A DNA stretch of 64,000 bases from a candidate division WOR-3 bacterium. GTDB lineage: Bacteria > Hydrothermota > Hydrothermia > JBDRYB01. Location of the stretch: positions 1 to 64,000 of the forward strand of contig JBDRYB010000004.1 of NCBI GenBank assembly GCA_039803205.1. The letters are read 5' to 3'. Below, one piece after another: positions 1-8,259 of the stretch; within the stretch, counting starts at the first letter, position 1, and each line of letters begins with the position of its first letter. A program made the translations under genes and the position numbers. The notes under the pieces were generated by a model, which saw nothing but the letters and a program-made list of their open reading frames with translations, did no database searches and had not been told where the DNA came from.

Positions 1-220
1 GGGTCTTAACCCATTTGCCCACCCATTCCTTTATCCCTTTGGTGGGTGCCTTTGAGGTTATTATCCTCTGGAAGGCCTCAGAGGCCATATCCCTGCCTGT
101 TTCTCTGAGAGCACACGAGAGCTTCTCCTCAACGAGTTTCATCCAGACCTCAGGTTGATCTATACTTATCTCATCCAGCTCTATCTGGATGCTCACGGTC
201 CTAGTGATCGTGATGTTCAT
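1..220 (-). CDS. Partial ORF running off the window edge; possible transposase N-terminus (ISLre2/ISKra4/ISH6-like)
   Basis: AAAGGAG SD then ATG at 220; frame open to position 1 (MNITITRTVSIQIELDE...KEWVGKWVKT); transposase call is resemblance only. Confidence 0.35.
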   Translation of the reverse strand, partial: MNITITRTVSIQIELDEISIDQPEVWMKLVEEKLSCALRETGRDMASEAFQRIITSKAPTKGIKEWVGKWVKT

Positions 221-349
221 GGGCCATCTCCTTTCATCTTTCCATTTTTTCCATACCTCTCAGAGGAGGTGGCCCATATTCTAATCCAAAGGCCGAATCC
301 GGGCCAGCTGTGCCCGGAAAACCGGACTGAACCTGGGAGCAATGCCAGC

Positions 350-379
350 TTGAAACCTACCAAATTGATAGGTTATACT
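350..379 (+). promoter_or_regulatory. sigma70-type promoter TTGAAA-18-TATACT
   Basis: Consensus boxes upstream of GGAGG SD (391-395) of hemerythrin gene. Confidence 0.65.
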
Positions 380-403
380 ATGAAGCTTACGGAGGATATG
401 CAC

Positions 404-949
404 ATGAACGGACCGACGCAAGTGCTCATGGATGAGCACAGGATAATAGAGGGTGCCCTCATTATACTTGAGGGGCTTTGCGATAGGATGGAAGCCGGGG
501 AGCTGGTTTCTCCGGATCACCTTGAGCAGATCGTTGACTTCATAGTGAGCTTCGCGGACAAGTATCACCACGCCAAGGAGGAGGGCATCCTTTTCCCGGC
601 CATGGTATCAGCAGGTTTCCCCATGAAAGGGGGGCCGATCGCTGTTATGCTGGCTGAGCATGAGCTCGGGAGGGGCTATGTAAGGGGAATGATAGCAGGG
701 GTTGATGAATACAGGGCTGGCAAAGGCCACCAAGGCTTCACTGAGAACGCGAGGAACTACATTGAGCTCCTCAGAGCCCACATAACTAAAGAGGATTCAA
801 TCCTCTACCCCATGGCCGAGGCAAGGCTCTCGGATGATGAGAAGGACAGGCTCTTTGAGGAATTCGAGAGGGTTAAGAGGGACCAGGGAGAAATAGAGGA
901 GGAGTTCAAGAGGAATCTTGAGGCAATAGCGAGGGCATATGATCTATAG
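404..949 (+). CDS. Hemerythrin domain protein
   Basis: Repeated H...HHxKEE...EH...HxxKE motifs; start moved to ATG 404 behind SD. Confidence 0.9.
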   Translation: MNGPTQVLMDEHRIIEGALIILEGLCDRMEAGELVSPDHLEQIVDFIVSFADKYHHAKEEGILFPAMVSAGFPMKGGPIAVMLAEHELGRGYVRGMIAGVDEYRAGKGHQGFTENARNYIELLRAHITKEDSILYPMAEARLSDDEKDRLFEEFERVKRDQGEIEEEFKRNLEAIARAYDL

Positions 950-1648
950 GATCTTGCACCAGGTCACATCCGTTCTCGCTATCCTATAACCCCATTTGAG
1001 ATACAGGGCCGTAGCTGGGTAATTGTATGCCTGGGTCCTCACCTCCGCTACCCTTATGCCGCGCTCAAGATAGGCCTTGTGCGCCGCGGCCACCAGGGCT
1101 GAGCCGGTGCCCTTGGGGGCTTTACGGCACGCACCTATTAATATTATAACCCCCTTATCATTAAGTCTCAGGGTCACATACCCCACAGGCCCTTCGCCAG
1201 CATCAACCACTAAAACGAGGTCAGCCGCATCTCCAAGCACGCTGTTTTCGGCCCACGCCGCGAACAAGTCATCAGCCTCCTCTTTGGTGAAGAACGGGTC
1301 ATGGTAAAACCTGCTCGTGAGAAAGAGGCCCTTGCTTATCTCCCTCAGCGCTGGAACATCTTCTGGGGTAGCGACTCGCACGGGAAGGCTTGGCTCCGCC
1401 CCATCGTCCACCTCCCTGGCGAATGTTATCCCCACATCCGTCAGATAAAACCCTTCTCCGGAGAGGAGATACCCCCATTCAATCTGAGAACCTTGGAATC
1501 TCGCGGTAAGGTGCTTGTAGCCAGCCTCTCTGGCCTCGTCCAGAACCCTCCTCAGATCCTTCTTCGCAAAATCCCCTGATATGATGAGCCCTCCCATCTT
1601 CCTGCGAAAATGCATGGTGTCCCACGCTCTCTCGGCTATCTCAATCAT
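944..1648 (-). CDS. GNAT acetyltransferase, WecD-like (dTDP-amino-sugar acetyltransferase)
   Basis: WDTxHF N-terminus, SRFYHDP, KGTGSAL acetyl-CoA loop, TQxxNxxAxxLY. Confidence 0.75.
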   Translation of the reverse strand: MIEIAERAWDTMHFRRKMGGLIISGDFAKKDLRRVLDEAREAGYKHLTARFQGSQIEWGYLLSGEGFYLTDVGITFAREVDDGAEPSLPVRVATPEDVPALREISKGLFLTSRFYHDPFFTKEEADDLFAAWAENSVLGDAADLVLVVDAGEGPVGYVTLRLNDKGVIILIGACRKAPKGTGSALVAAAHKAYLERGIRVAEVRTQAYNYPATALYLKWGYRIARTDVTWCKIL

Positions 1649-2561
1649 CTGTCTTATCCATGAGTATGTAAATGGGCCTCCTGAGGGCCTCAGCGTATAG
1701 CTTGCCGAGGTATTCGCCCATTATGCCCAGAACGGTCAGGACAACGCCCCCGAGAAACAGCATCGCGGCCATCATTGAGGCGTATCCCAGAACAGCATAT
1801 CCCCCGAATATCTTCCTCAGGATGATGTAGAGGCCAAGGAGGAGGGAGAGAAAAGCAACGCCGAGACCGAGATAGGTTGATAGCCTCAGAGGAAGGACCG
1901 AGAAGCTCGTGACCGCGTTTATTGCCAAAGAGATCATCTTGCGTAGGCTATACTTGGTCCGGCCTGCGGCTCGCTGGCTATGTTCAACCTCCACGCTCGT
2001 CCATGGAAAACCTGTCCAGGCCATTAGTCCGTGGATGAACCTGTGGGATTCCCTCATCTCTCTCAGAGCGTCCGCGACCTCCTTCCGCATGACTCGGAGC
2101 ATGGTCTGGTTCTCAGGCATGGAAACGCCTCCGACCCTGTTTATCCATTTCCAAAAAAGCGCGCCTGCAACCCTCTTGAAAAACGGGTCCTGTCGCGTTT
2201 TTCTTATGCCGTAGACGAGGTAATACCCTTCTTTGATCTTCTGGATCAGCTTGGGGAGCTCCTCAGGGCTGTCCTGGAGGTCAGCGTCCATCATGGCTAT
2301 CAGCTCGCCCCTCGCCGCGTCGAGGCCCGCTGTGATGGCTATGTGGTGGCCGAAGTTCCTCGAGAACCTTATTCCCCTTACCCTCTTATCCCTCTCGTGC
2401 AGGGAGACTATCTTGGCCCAGGAGCCGTCCCGTGAGCCATCGTCCACCAATATGATCTCGTGCTCATGGGTTATCCCCTCAAGCACACCAGATAGCCTGG
2501 CGTAGAGGTTTTCCAGGTTTTCCTCCTCGTTGAAAACAGGAACCACGACCGAAAGCCTCAC
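1641..2561 (-). CDS. GT2 polyprenol-phosphate glycosyltransferase (GtrB/ArnC-like)
   Basis: VVPVFNEE, VDDGSRD, FSRNFGH, DADLQD, two C-terminal TM helices; GTG start at 2561. Confidence 0.92.
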   Translation of the reverse strand: MRLSVVVPVFNEEENLENLYARLSGVLEGITHEHEIILVDDGSRDGSWAKIVSLHERDKRVRGIRFSRNFGHHIAITAGLDAARGELIAMMDADLQDSPEELPKLIQKIKEGYYLVYGIRKTRQDPFFKRVAGALFWKWINRVGGVSMPENQTMLRVMRKEVADALREMRESHRFIHGLMAWTGFPWTSVEVEHSQRAAGRTKYSLRKMISLAINAVTSFSVLPLRLSTYLGLGVAFLSLLLGLYIILRKIFGGYAVLGYASMMAAMLFLGGVVLTVLGIMGEYLGKLYAEALRRPIYILMDKTDD

Positions 2562-2567
2562 GGCTAT

Positions 2568-2629
2568 ATTATGAACCAAGCCTCCGTATGTTTTTCAAGT
2601 TGAAAAGCAACCAGGCTAAAGAGTAGAAT
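2568..2629. promoter_or_regulatory. Back-to-back divergent promoters
   Basis: Plus: TTGAAA(2600)-18-TAGAAT-6-ATG; minus: TTGAAA-19-CATAAT-6-GTG; the -35 boxes form palindrome TTTTCAAGTTGAAAA. Confidence 0.65.
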
Positions 2630-2635
2630 CTGTTA

Positions 2636-3295
2636 ATGCAGGTTATCTACGAGATAATAATATCCCCCAGAAAGGCCTTTGAGCGAATAAAAGAAAAGCC
2701 CCGTTGGTGGCAGGGCCTTCTCGTTGTGATCCCGCTTATAATACTGGGCGACCTCGTTGGGGTCTGGGGAGGCTATGAATTCATAATCCAGATGTCCCAG
2801 GAAAGGCTCTCCCAACTCAGCCCTGAGCAGGCCGAGGCCGCGGCCAGGTGGATGACCTTGCCGGCCATGCTCGGCACAACAGCGATAAACAAGCTGATAC
2901 TCGTCCCGATAGTGGTTCTCATACAGACGGTCGTATTCCACCTCCTGGTTCCCCTCTCTGGAGGGGAGGCGAATTTCGGGAGGGCCTTTGGGATAGTCGT
3001 GTGGTCAAAGATGGCTATAGCGGTCGGCTCGTGGGCAACCGGCCTCCTGACCCTCGCTATGGGCCAACCATTCAGGACTGACCTGGGGCTTCTGGTGGAT
3101 GTGAATTCAAGGTTGCAGGGAGGGCTTTCTCAGGTAGAGCTGTTCTCGCTCTGGAGCCTCGTTCTCGTATCAGAGGGAATGTTCAGGGTCCTCGGATGCA
3201 AGCGCCAAGCCGCGTATCCGATGGTTTTTGGCCTTTGGGCGGTCTGGGTCGCGATATCGTTTGGCGTTGGCGCTTTCGTTGGGAAACTAGGATGA
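2636..3295 (+). CDS. YIP1-family membrane protein
   Basis: IIISPRKAFERIKEKPRWW start and about 5 TM segments. Confidence 0.8.
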   Translation: MQVIYEIIISPRKAFERIKEKPRWWQGLLVVIPLIILGDLVGVWGGYEFIIQMSQERLSQLSPEQAEAAARWMTLPAMLGTTAINKLILVPIVVLIQTVVFHLLVPLSGGEANFGRAFGIVVWSKMAIAVGSWATGLLTLAMGQPFRTDLGLLVDVNSRLQGGLSQVELFSLWSLVLVSEGMFRVLGCKRQAAYPMVFGLWAVWVAISFGVGAFVGKLG

Positions 3296-3652
3296 TTACC
3301 CCTTGCCCCGCACCTTGGCCGGGATGAACCCGTTCCTCTCAAGCCCAGGCAATATGTAGTGGCTCACGAGATTGTCCCAGAAAGCCTTCTCGGAGATCAT
3401 GCCCTCCCCGATGTTTATGACTATCTCTTGGTGAAACCGGAGCTCCGGGCCCGCTTTCCGGAGGAGATCGAGAAGGCTCAGAGCGCTCATCGCGAGACCA
3501 AAGGCCTGGCCGCCAGGCACCACTCCAGCCATTCCAAACACCGAGCCAGTTCCTCCCCCACAGATAGCCGAAAGCGCCCTCATGGCACTTGATAATTGCT
3601 TGAGGGTTCCCGACAGGTCTTTGAGGGCATCCTTCAGGGAATTTTCTACCAT
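3296..3652 (-). CDS. Hypothetical protein (Gly/Ala-rich helical; resembles tape-measure C-terminus)
   Basis: GAAAGGAG SD, clean 118-aa ORF. Confidence 0.55.
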   Translation of the reverse strand: MVENSLKDALKDLSGTLKQLSSAMRALSAICGGGTGSVFGMAGVVPGGQAFGLAMSALSLLDLLRKAGPELRFHQEIVINIGEGMISEKAFWDNLVSHYILPGLERNGFIPAKVRGKG

Positions 3653-3697
3653 TACAGGTCTCCTTTCGCGCTAAATAGTGCGCGGGGAACGAGGGCT

Positions 3698-4621
3698 CTA
3701 GCGAATGACAAGAACCTTTTTCAAGAGGACCGAATTACCTACCTCTGCCCTCAAGAAAAACGCGCCGGATGGCATCTTGGGAATCGGTATGGTGTGAGTT
3801 CCAGGGCCGCATAAACCCTCAAAGGGATGCGCCATGAGGGCACCTGAGGGGGAGTAGACCGATAGCGAGACCCGTGCTGGGGCTGGCAAATAAACCATGG
3901 CCTCAAAGCTCCCGCTGACGACCGGAGGAGCCGAGAGCAGGGGTCGCTCTGGCACCCCCCCTTCGGACACAGTCCCCCCTGGAAAGAGGATGAATTCGCC
4001 ATAACCAGCTGGATCATACCAGGGGGAAAGGTTCTGCGGCCAGTAGCCTATCAGTCCCCATTCGTCATCAGCGTAGAACAGGTGAACACCGATCGTGTCC
4101 TCCCAGCCAGACACGGCGTTGGTCCCGATAAACTGGGGCCCGGAATCAGCATGTGGGCTGAGGAGATAGATGGCCCACTCGCAAACGACATGGCCTAAAC
4201 CCTCTGAAAACGAATAGATCACCTGGTTTGCGGGATACCAACCCCCCCATGTGAAATCCTCAAGCCACCAAGAACAAAACCAACCATTGTCCGAGCCGAG
4301 CGCGTTGATGCCCTCAGTCGTATCAGACTTCGGCCATTTGCCTGAGTTGTCATCATCAAAAGCGGCTGAAGGCTGGGAGTGGCCCGAGAGGACAGTGTCC
4401 TTAAGGCAATCAAACGCCATGTATAGGTAAAAACGATCGTGGACGACATAAACGAGGCAATCTCCTGGCTCCTCGGGGTTTCCATCAACCCCAAGGGTAT
4501 CGGATATATCAACGACAGCCGCGGAATCCCATTCTCCCTGGGCGAGAACGCCATCTATGGTTGGGGGATGGGTTGTTGGTGGAACCAAAACCTGAAACTG
4601 CGCGAGAGCAAAAGCTATCAT
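3698..4621 (-). CDS. Secreted CBM9/DOMON-like protein with T9SS-type CTD
   Basis: PTIDGVLAQGEW, HDRFYLYMAF motifs; CTD VYSPSG...GAFFLR...KKVLVIR; start re-assigned to ATG 4621. Confidence 0.75.
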   Translation of the reverse strand: MIAFALAQFQVLVPPTTHPPTIDGVLAQGEWDSAAVVDISDTLGVDGNPEEPGDCLVYVVHDRFYLYMAFDCLKDTVLSGHSQPSAAFDDDNSGKWPKSDTTEGINALGSDNGWFCSWWLEDFTWGGWYPANQVIYSFSEGLGHVVCEWAIYLLSPHADSGPQFIGTNAVSGWEDTIGVHLFYADDEWGLIGYWPQNLSPWYDPAGYGEFILFPGGTVSEGGVPERPLLSAPPVVSGSFEAMVYLPAPARVSLSVYSPSGALMAHPFEGLCGPGTHTIPIPKMPSGAFFLRAEVGNSVLLKKVLVIR

Positions 4622-4742
4622 GACACAATTATAACCCTTTTCCTCCGCGAATCGCAAGCGCAATGGCCCAATAGGGATCCCTCTGTAACATTTCTCCCCA
4701 TTCCCTCGTCTTATTGTTTGTGATAAACCGGAGGAAAAACAG

Positions 4743-5138
4743 ATGGATATAGGAGACCTGATCGGACTCTTTTCTGTGATGGGCGTGTTCGGCATCCCCG
4801 TGTCCTTCTTCATCGCGGTGGTCCTCATAGTATCCATAAGCCTTGTCTATGCCTACATGAAGAGGAATATGATGCACAAGCAGATAAAGTCCGCCGTGGA
4901 ACGGGGCATGACAGCAGAGGAAATAAGGGTGCTGGTCAACGCACTAGGGGCCAACGGCAGGAGAAGGAGCGACCTCCTGGGCGGCATAACCATCTTAGCT
5001 TGGGGCGCTGGGCTTGGAGGGTTCTTCCTCGTCAACCAGCTTTGGGGAATAGCCATCCTTCTCGGCCTGCCTTTGGTGATAATAGGCGCGGCAAAGATAG
5101 TCTATTGGGCGATATCCGAGAGAAAAAAGGAGGCCTGA
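4743..5138 (+). CDS. Small membrane protein (DUF6249-like)
   Basis: GGAGG SD; TM, MHKQIKSAVERG, two TM helices. Confidence 0.6.
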   Translation: MDIGDLIGLFSVMGVFGIPVSFFIAVVLIVSISLVYAYMKRNMMHKQIKSAVERGMTAEEIRVLVNALGANGRRRSDLLGGITILAWGAGLGGFFLVNQLWGIAILLGLPLVIIGAAKIVYWAISERKKEA

Positions 5139-5140
5139 GC

Positions 5141-5815
5141 ATGAGACGGTCCGCGTTCATATGGCTTCTTCTCGCATCCTGTTGCCTGAACCTCAAAAAG
5201 GAAAAGAAGGAGGAACACGAGTTGGATTTCCCGCCCGGGCCCGTGCTCACGGTATCGGCCTCAGCCGCAGGAGTAACCATGAGGCCATCAGAGGACTCCC
5301 TCGCTCACATGAGCGTGAAGGGCGGCCTAAAGGAGGCCGAGGGCAAATATGAGATATCCGGCGCGGGAGCGGAGATGTTCGTGCCTTCGGGAACCGCTGT
5401 CGTGCTTGATGCTGTCCTGGCCGGAATTGAGGGCGTGGCCCCTGACAGCGCGATAGTGGACGCCACCCTTTCCGGCGTTGATCTTGAGGGATGGAAGGCG
5501 GGCAAGCTGAACCTCTTCATGTCCGGAGGCTCGGTTGTCCTGGCTCCTGATGCAAGAAGCTTCTCGGCGTTCGTGAAGTGGTCTGGCCTTGAACTCTATG
5601 TTCCGGAGGGCGTTTTCATAAAGCTTGAGGCTGACACATCCGGGGCCGGATTTGAGATAGAGGAAGGCATAATCTCTGAGCAAGGGATCCCCGTCAGCAT
5701 AGAAGCGCGAGGCGCTGGGGTTGAGATAAAGAGGTGGAAACCAGGCACAAAGAGAAAGGTTAATATAGGCGTTAAGGTTAAGAGGGGCGAGGACTCCTCT
5801 GGGAAGGCCGAATAG
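5141..5815 (+). CDS. Lipoprotein, DUF4097/adhesin-like beta-repeat
   Basis: MRRSAFIWLLLASC lipobox; GGAGG SD upstream. Confidence 0.55.
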   Translation: MRRSAFIWLLLASCCLNLKKEKKEEHELDFPPGPVLTVSASAAGVTMRPSEDSLAHMSVKGGLKEAEGKYEISGAGAEMFVPSGTAVVLDAVLAGIEGVAPDSAIVDATLSGVDLEGWKAGKLNLFMSGGSVVLAPDARSFSAFVKWSGLELYVPEGVFIKLEADTSGAGFEIEEGIISEQGIPVSIEARGAGVEIKRWKPGTKRKVNIGVKVKRGEDSSGKAE

Positions 5816-5873
5816 AATAGCACAACCTCCTATAAGTTGCCCGGCGATACCCGCCGGGCTTATGCTTTTGGCC

Positions 5874-6365
5874 TTGAAAGTAGCGATAATGTCTGATAGT
5901 CATGATAACTGCGACTCCTTAGCGAGGGCGCTTTCGGTTGCGGCTCTCCGGGGGGCAGAGCACATCATCCACCTTGGCGACATCATTTCCCCTTTTACAT
6001 CAAGGGTTTTCAGGGCCCATTTTGGCGGACGGTTAACATTGCTTTTCGGAAACAACGACGGAGACAGGGTTGGACTCATGGAGAAGTTCTCCCCCCTCGG
6101 AGCAGAGTTTCACCATCCCCCAGCGAGCCTTCAGCTCGGCGGCCTCAGGATAGCGGCCATGCACGAACCTTTGTTCCCCGAGTTTCTCTCCGCCAGCAAG
6201 CGCTTCCATGCAATAATGTGGGGACACACCCACCAATTGGAGATAAAGGAGATAGACGGGGTTCTTGTCATAAATCCAGGGGAGCTTCACGGATTTCTAA
6301 CGGGCAAGAGGACATTCGTTCTTCTTGACACAGAAACCATGAAACCAGAGGTGATACAGGTATGA
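5874..6365 (+). CDS. YfcE-family metallophosphoesterase
   Basis: SDSHDN, HLGD, GNND, GHTH, INPGE; TTG start behind TTGCCC-18-TATGCT promoter. Confidence 0.9.
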   Translation: MKVAIMSDSHDNCDSLARALSVAALRGAEHIIHLGDIISPFTSRVFRAHFGGRLTLLFGNNDGDRVGLMEKFSPLGAEFHHPPASLQLGGLRIAAMHEPLFPEFLSASKRFHAIMWGHTHQLEIKEIDGVLVINPGELHGFLTGKRTFVLLDTETMKPEVIQV

Positions 6366-6405
6366 GCTCCTGGTTGCTCGTTAAAAACCAAAGGCAAAAG
6401 AGAAC

Positions 6406-6879
6406 ATGACATGGCTTTATATCGTAGTTGATCTTCTGGTGGTCCTGTTTTTGCTCATATGGGCAAGAACAGGGTGGCGCAGGGGCCTTATCGTTGAACT
6501 GGCAACCCTCATAGGCCTCATCCTCGGCATATTCCTCGCTTTTAGGTTTTCGCCTGCGCTCTCCGAAAGGCTAGGGTGGACGAAGAACGGTCTGCTGGAC
6601 GCCGCGATATGGTTTGCCATAACCTTCATAGCGGTATATATCCTCGCGCAGGTCATAGGGGAGTGGCTCTCAGGAAAGGCGAGGAGGATCCGCCTTGGTG
6701 TTTTGGACAAGGTTCTGGGCCTAATCCTCTCTCTCATAGAAGGGCTTTGCTTCATCTCCGCTGTTGGTTACGCCCTCAACCGCTTCCCTGAGGGCGCGCG
6801 CTTTGTGGGTAGCACTTACCTCTTCAAGGCCATAACCCAGGCAGGGACCGGTCTATTCGTGAGGCTATTTGGGGGATAA
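6406..6879 (+). CDS. cvpA: CvpA (colicin V production) family membrane protein
   Basis: GWRRGLIVE, LDKVLGLIL motifs, 4 TM. Confidence 0.85.
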   Translation: MTWLYIVVDLLVVLFLLIWARTGWRRGLIVELATLIGLILGIFLAFRFSPALSERLGWTKNGLLDAAIWFAITFIAVYILAQVIGEWLSGKARRIRLGVLDKVLGLILSLIEGLCFISAVGYALNRFPEGARFVGSTYLFKAITQAGTGLFVRLFGG

Positions 6880-6881
6880 CT

Positions 6882-7352
6882 TTGGATAGGCTCTTCGCGC
6901 CATGGCGGATGGCTTATATCCTGATGGCTGACGAGGCCTCGTGCATATTCTGCGAACTCCCAAAGGAGGATAGGGACGAGGAGAACCTGATCCTATTGAG
7001 GGGCGAGGCCTGCTTCGTGCTCCTGAACCGCTTCCCGTATAATCCCGGCCACCTGATGATAGCCCCTTACAGGCACGCAGAATCCCTTTCTGAGATCTCA
7101 GAGAGCGAATCGCGCGAGATGATGGGGCTTCTCGCAAGGATGGAGCGCGTCATTTCGGAAGCGATGAAACCCCATGGCTTCAACATCGGGATAAACATGG
7201 GCAGGGTGGCTGGCGCTGGCTTCGGACACCTGCACGCGCACATCGTTCCCAGGTGGTCGGGTGATACCAACTTCATGCCAGTTATAGGTGATGTTAAGGT
7301 AGTCTCAGAGGCCCTATCAGAAACTTACCACAAGCTTAAGGAGAGGCTCTAG
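6882..7352 (+). CDS. HIT-family hydrolase (Ap4A phosphorylase-like)
   Basis: LFAPWRMAYI, CIFC, NRFPYNPGH, HLHAHIVPRW. Confidence 0.93.
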   Translation: MDRLFAPWRMAYILMADEASCIFCELPKEDRDEENLILLRGEACFVLLNRFPYNPGHLMIAPYRHAESLSEISESESREMMGLLARMERVISEAMKPHGFNIGINMGRVAGAGFGHLHAHIVPRWSGDTNFMPVIGDVKVVSEALSETYHKLKERL

Positions 7353-7444
7353 TCCAGGTTTATATTGCCCGTGTTCGTTAAGCGCGAGTAGTTGCACCCG
7401 CCCCTCCATATGGCTTATGCTATGTCGCGAACGGAGAAACGGTC

Positions 7445-7831
7445 ATGAATGTATCGGAGATACTTGAAAGCGCCATAGAGGACCTCAGGCTCAGGGTTCC
7501 TGAGATAGAGGCCGCGGCCCTGGTCACCGCGGATGGGCTTATCGTCGCGGCTTCTGGAAGTCTAGGTGTTGAGGAGGACCAGCTCTTTCTGGGCGGGGTC
7601 ATGGCAACCGCCCTTACTGCTGGCGAGCGCATATCAGCGGAGCTTGATAGGGGTAGTTTCCAAAACCTCTTTGTCAAGGGCGAGAAGGGTTATGTTCTGC
7701 TGACGGGAATAGGCGAGGACAAGGTTCTGGCCTTGGTCGCAAACGAAAAGGTCAAGCTTGGGATGCTGTTCCTCGAGTCAAAGCGTCTCTCGGACATGCT
7801 TGAGGAATTGTTCAAAACCCAACAGATATGA
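7445..7831 (+). CDS. Roadblock/LC7 (MglB-like) protein
   Basis: AALVTADGLIVA, LFVKGEKGYVLL, KLGMLF. Confidence 0.9.
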   Translation: MNVSEILESAIEDLRLRVPEIEAAALVTADGLIVAASGSLGVEEDQLFLGGVMATALTAGERISAELDRGSFQNLFVKGEKGYVLLTGIGEDKVLALVANEKVKLGMLFLESKRLSDMLEELFKTQQI

Positions 7832-8259
7832 AAAAGGTCCTGGATCTCTGGTTTTATGCTTTCAGCAGGCGCTCCCTGAGACACATAAGAGCCCTGGTAG
7901 CGGATATGACCCTGGACATGGGCCTCAGGGAGGAGGAATCATACGACATAGAGACGGTCGTGGAGGAGGCGCTCGCTAATGCCATGGAACACGCTTATCC
8001 AGAGGGCTATGGCCCCATAAAGATAGTCATGCGCAGGGTCAGGGGAGGAATCTCCATAGTGGTCAGGGATTGGGGCAAGCCCCTCTCTCCGGAGATCATT
8101 GAGGCCGCGGCTGATGTTGAGGAGTGGTTCAAGGAAGGCAAGGAGAGGGGTATGGGCATAGCCTTCATGAAAGCACTCGTGGATAAGTTTGAATACAAGA
8201 ACCTCTCTGAGGGGAAGGAGATAAGGCTCTTCAAGAAGCTCAAGGCAGAAAGACATTGA
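7828..8259 (+). CDS. RsbW/SpoIIAB-like anti-sigma Ser/Thr kinase
   Basis: EALANAMEHAY N-box, DWG, RGMGIAFMKALVD G2 box. Confidence 0.9.
   Translation: MKKVLDLWFYAFSRRSLRHIRALVADMTLDMGLREEESYDIETVVEEALANAMEHAYPEGYGPIKIVMRRVRGGISIVVRDWGKPLSPEIIEAAADVEEWFKEGKERGMGIAFMKALVDKFEYKNLSEGKEIRLFKKLKAERH

Noticed and set aside
155..403. Long N-terminal extensions in the ORF track (also 4622-4837, 11026-11118, 45715-45819, 60040-60147)
   Set aside because: They span promoters or overlap neighbouring genes, and family motifs begin at the downstream starts.
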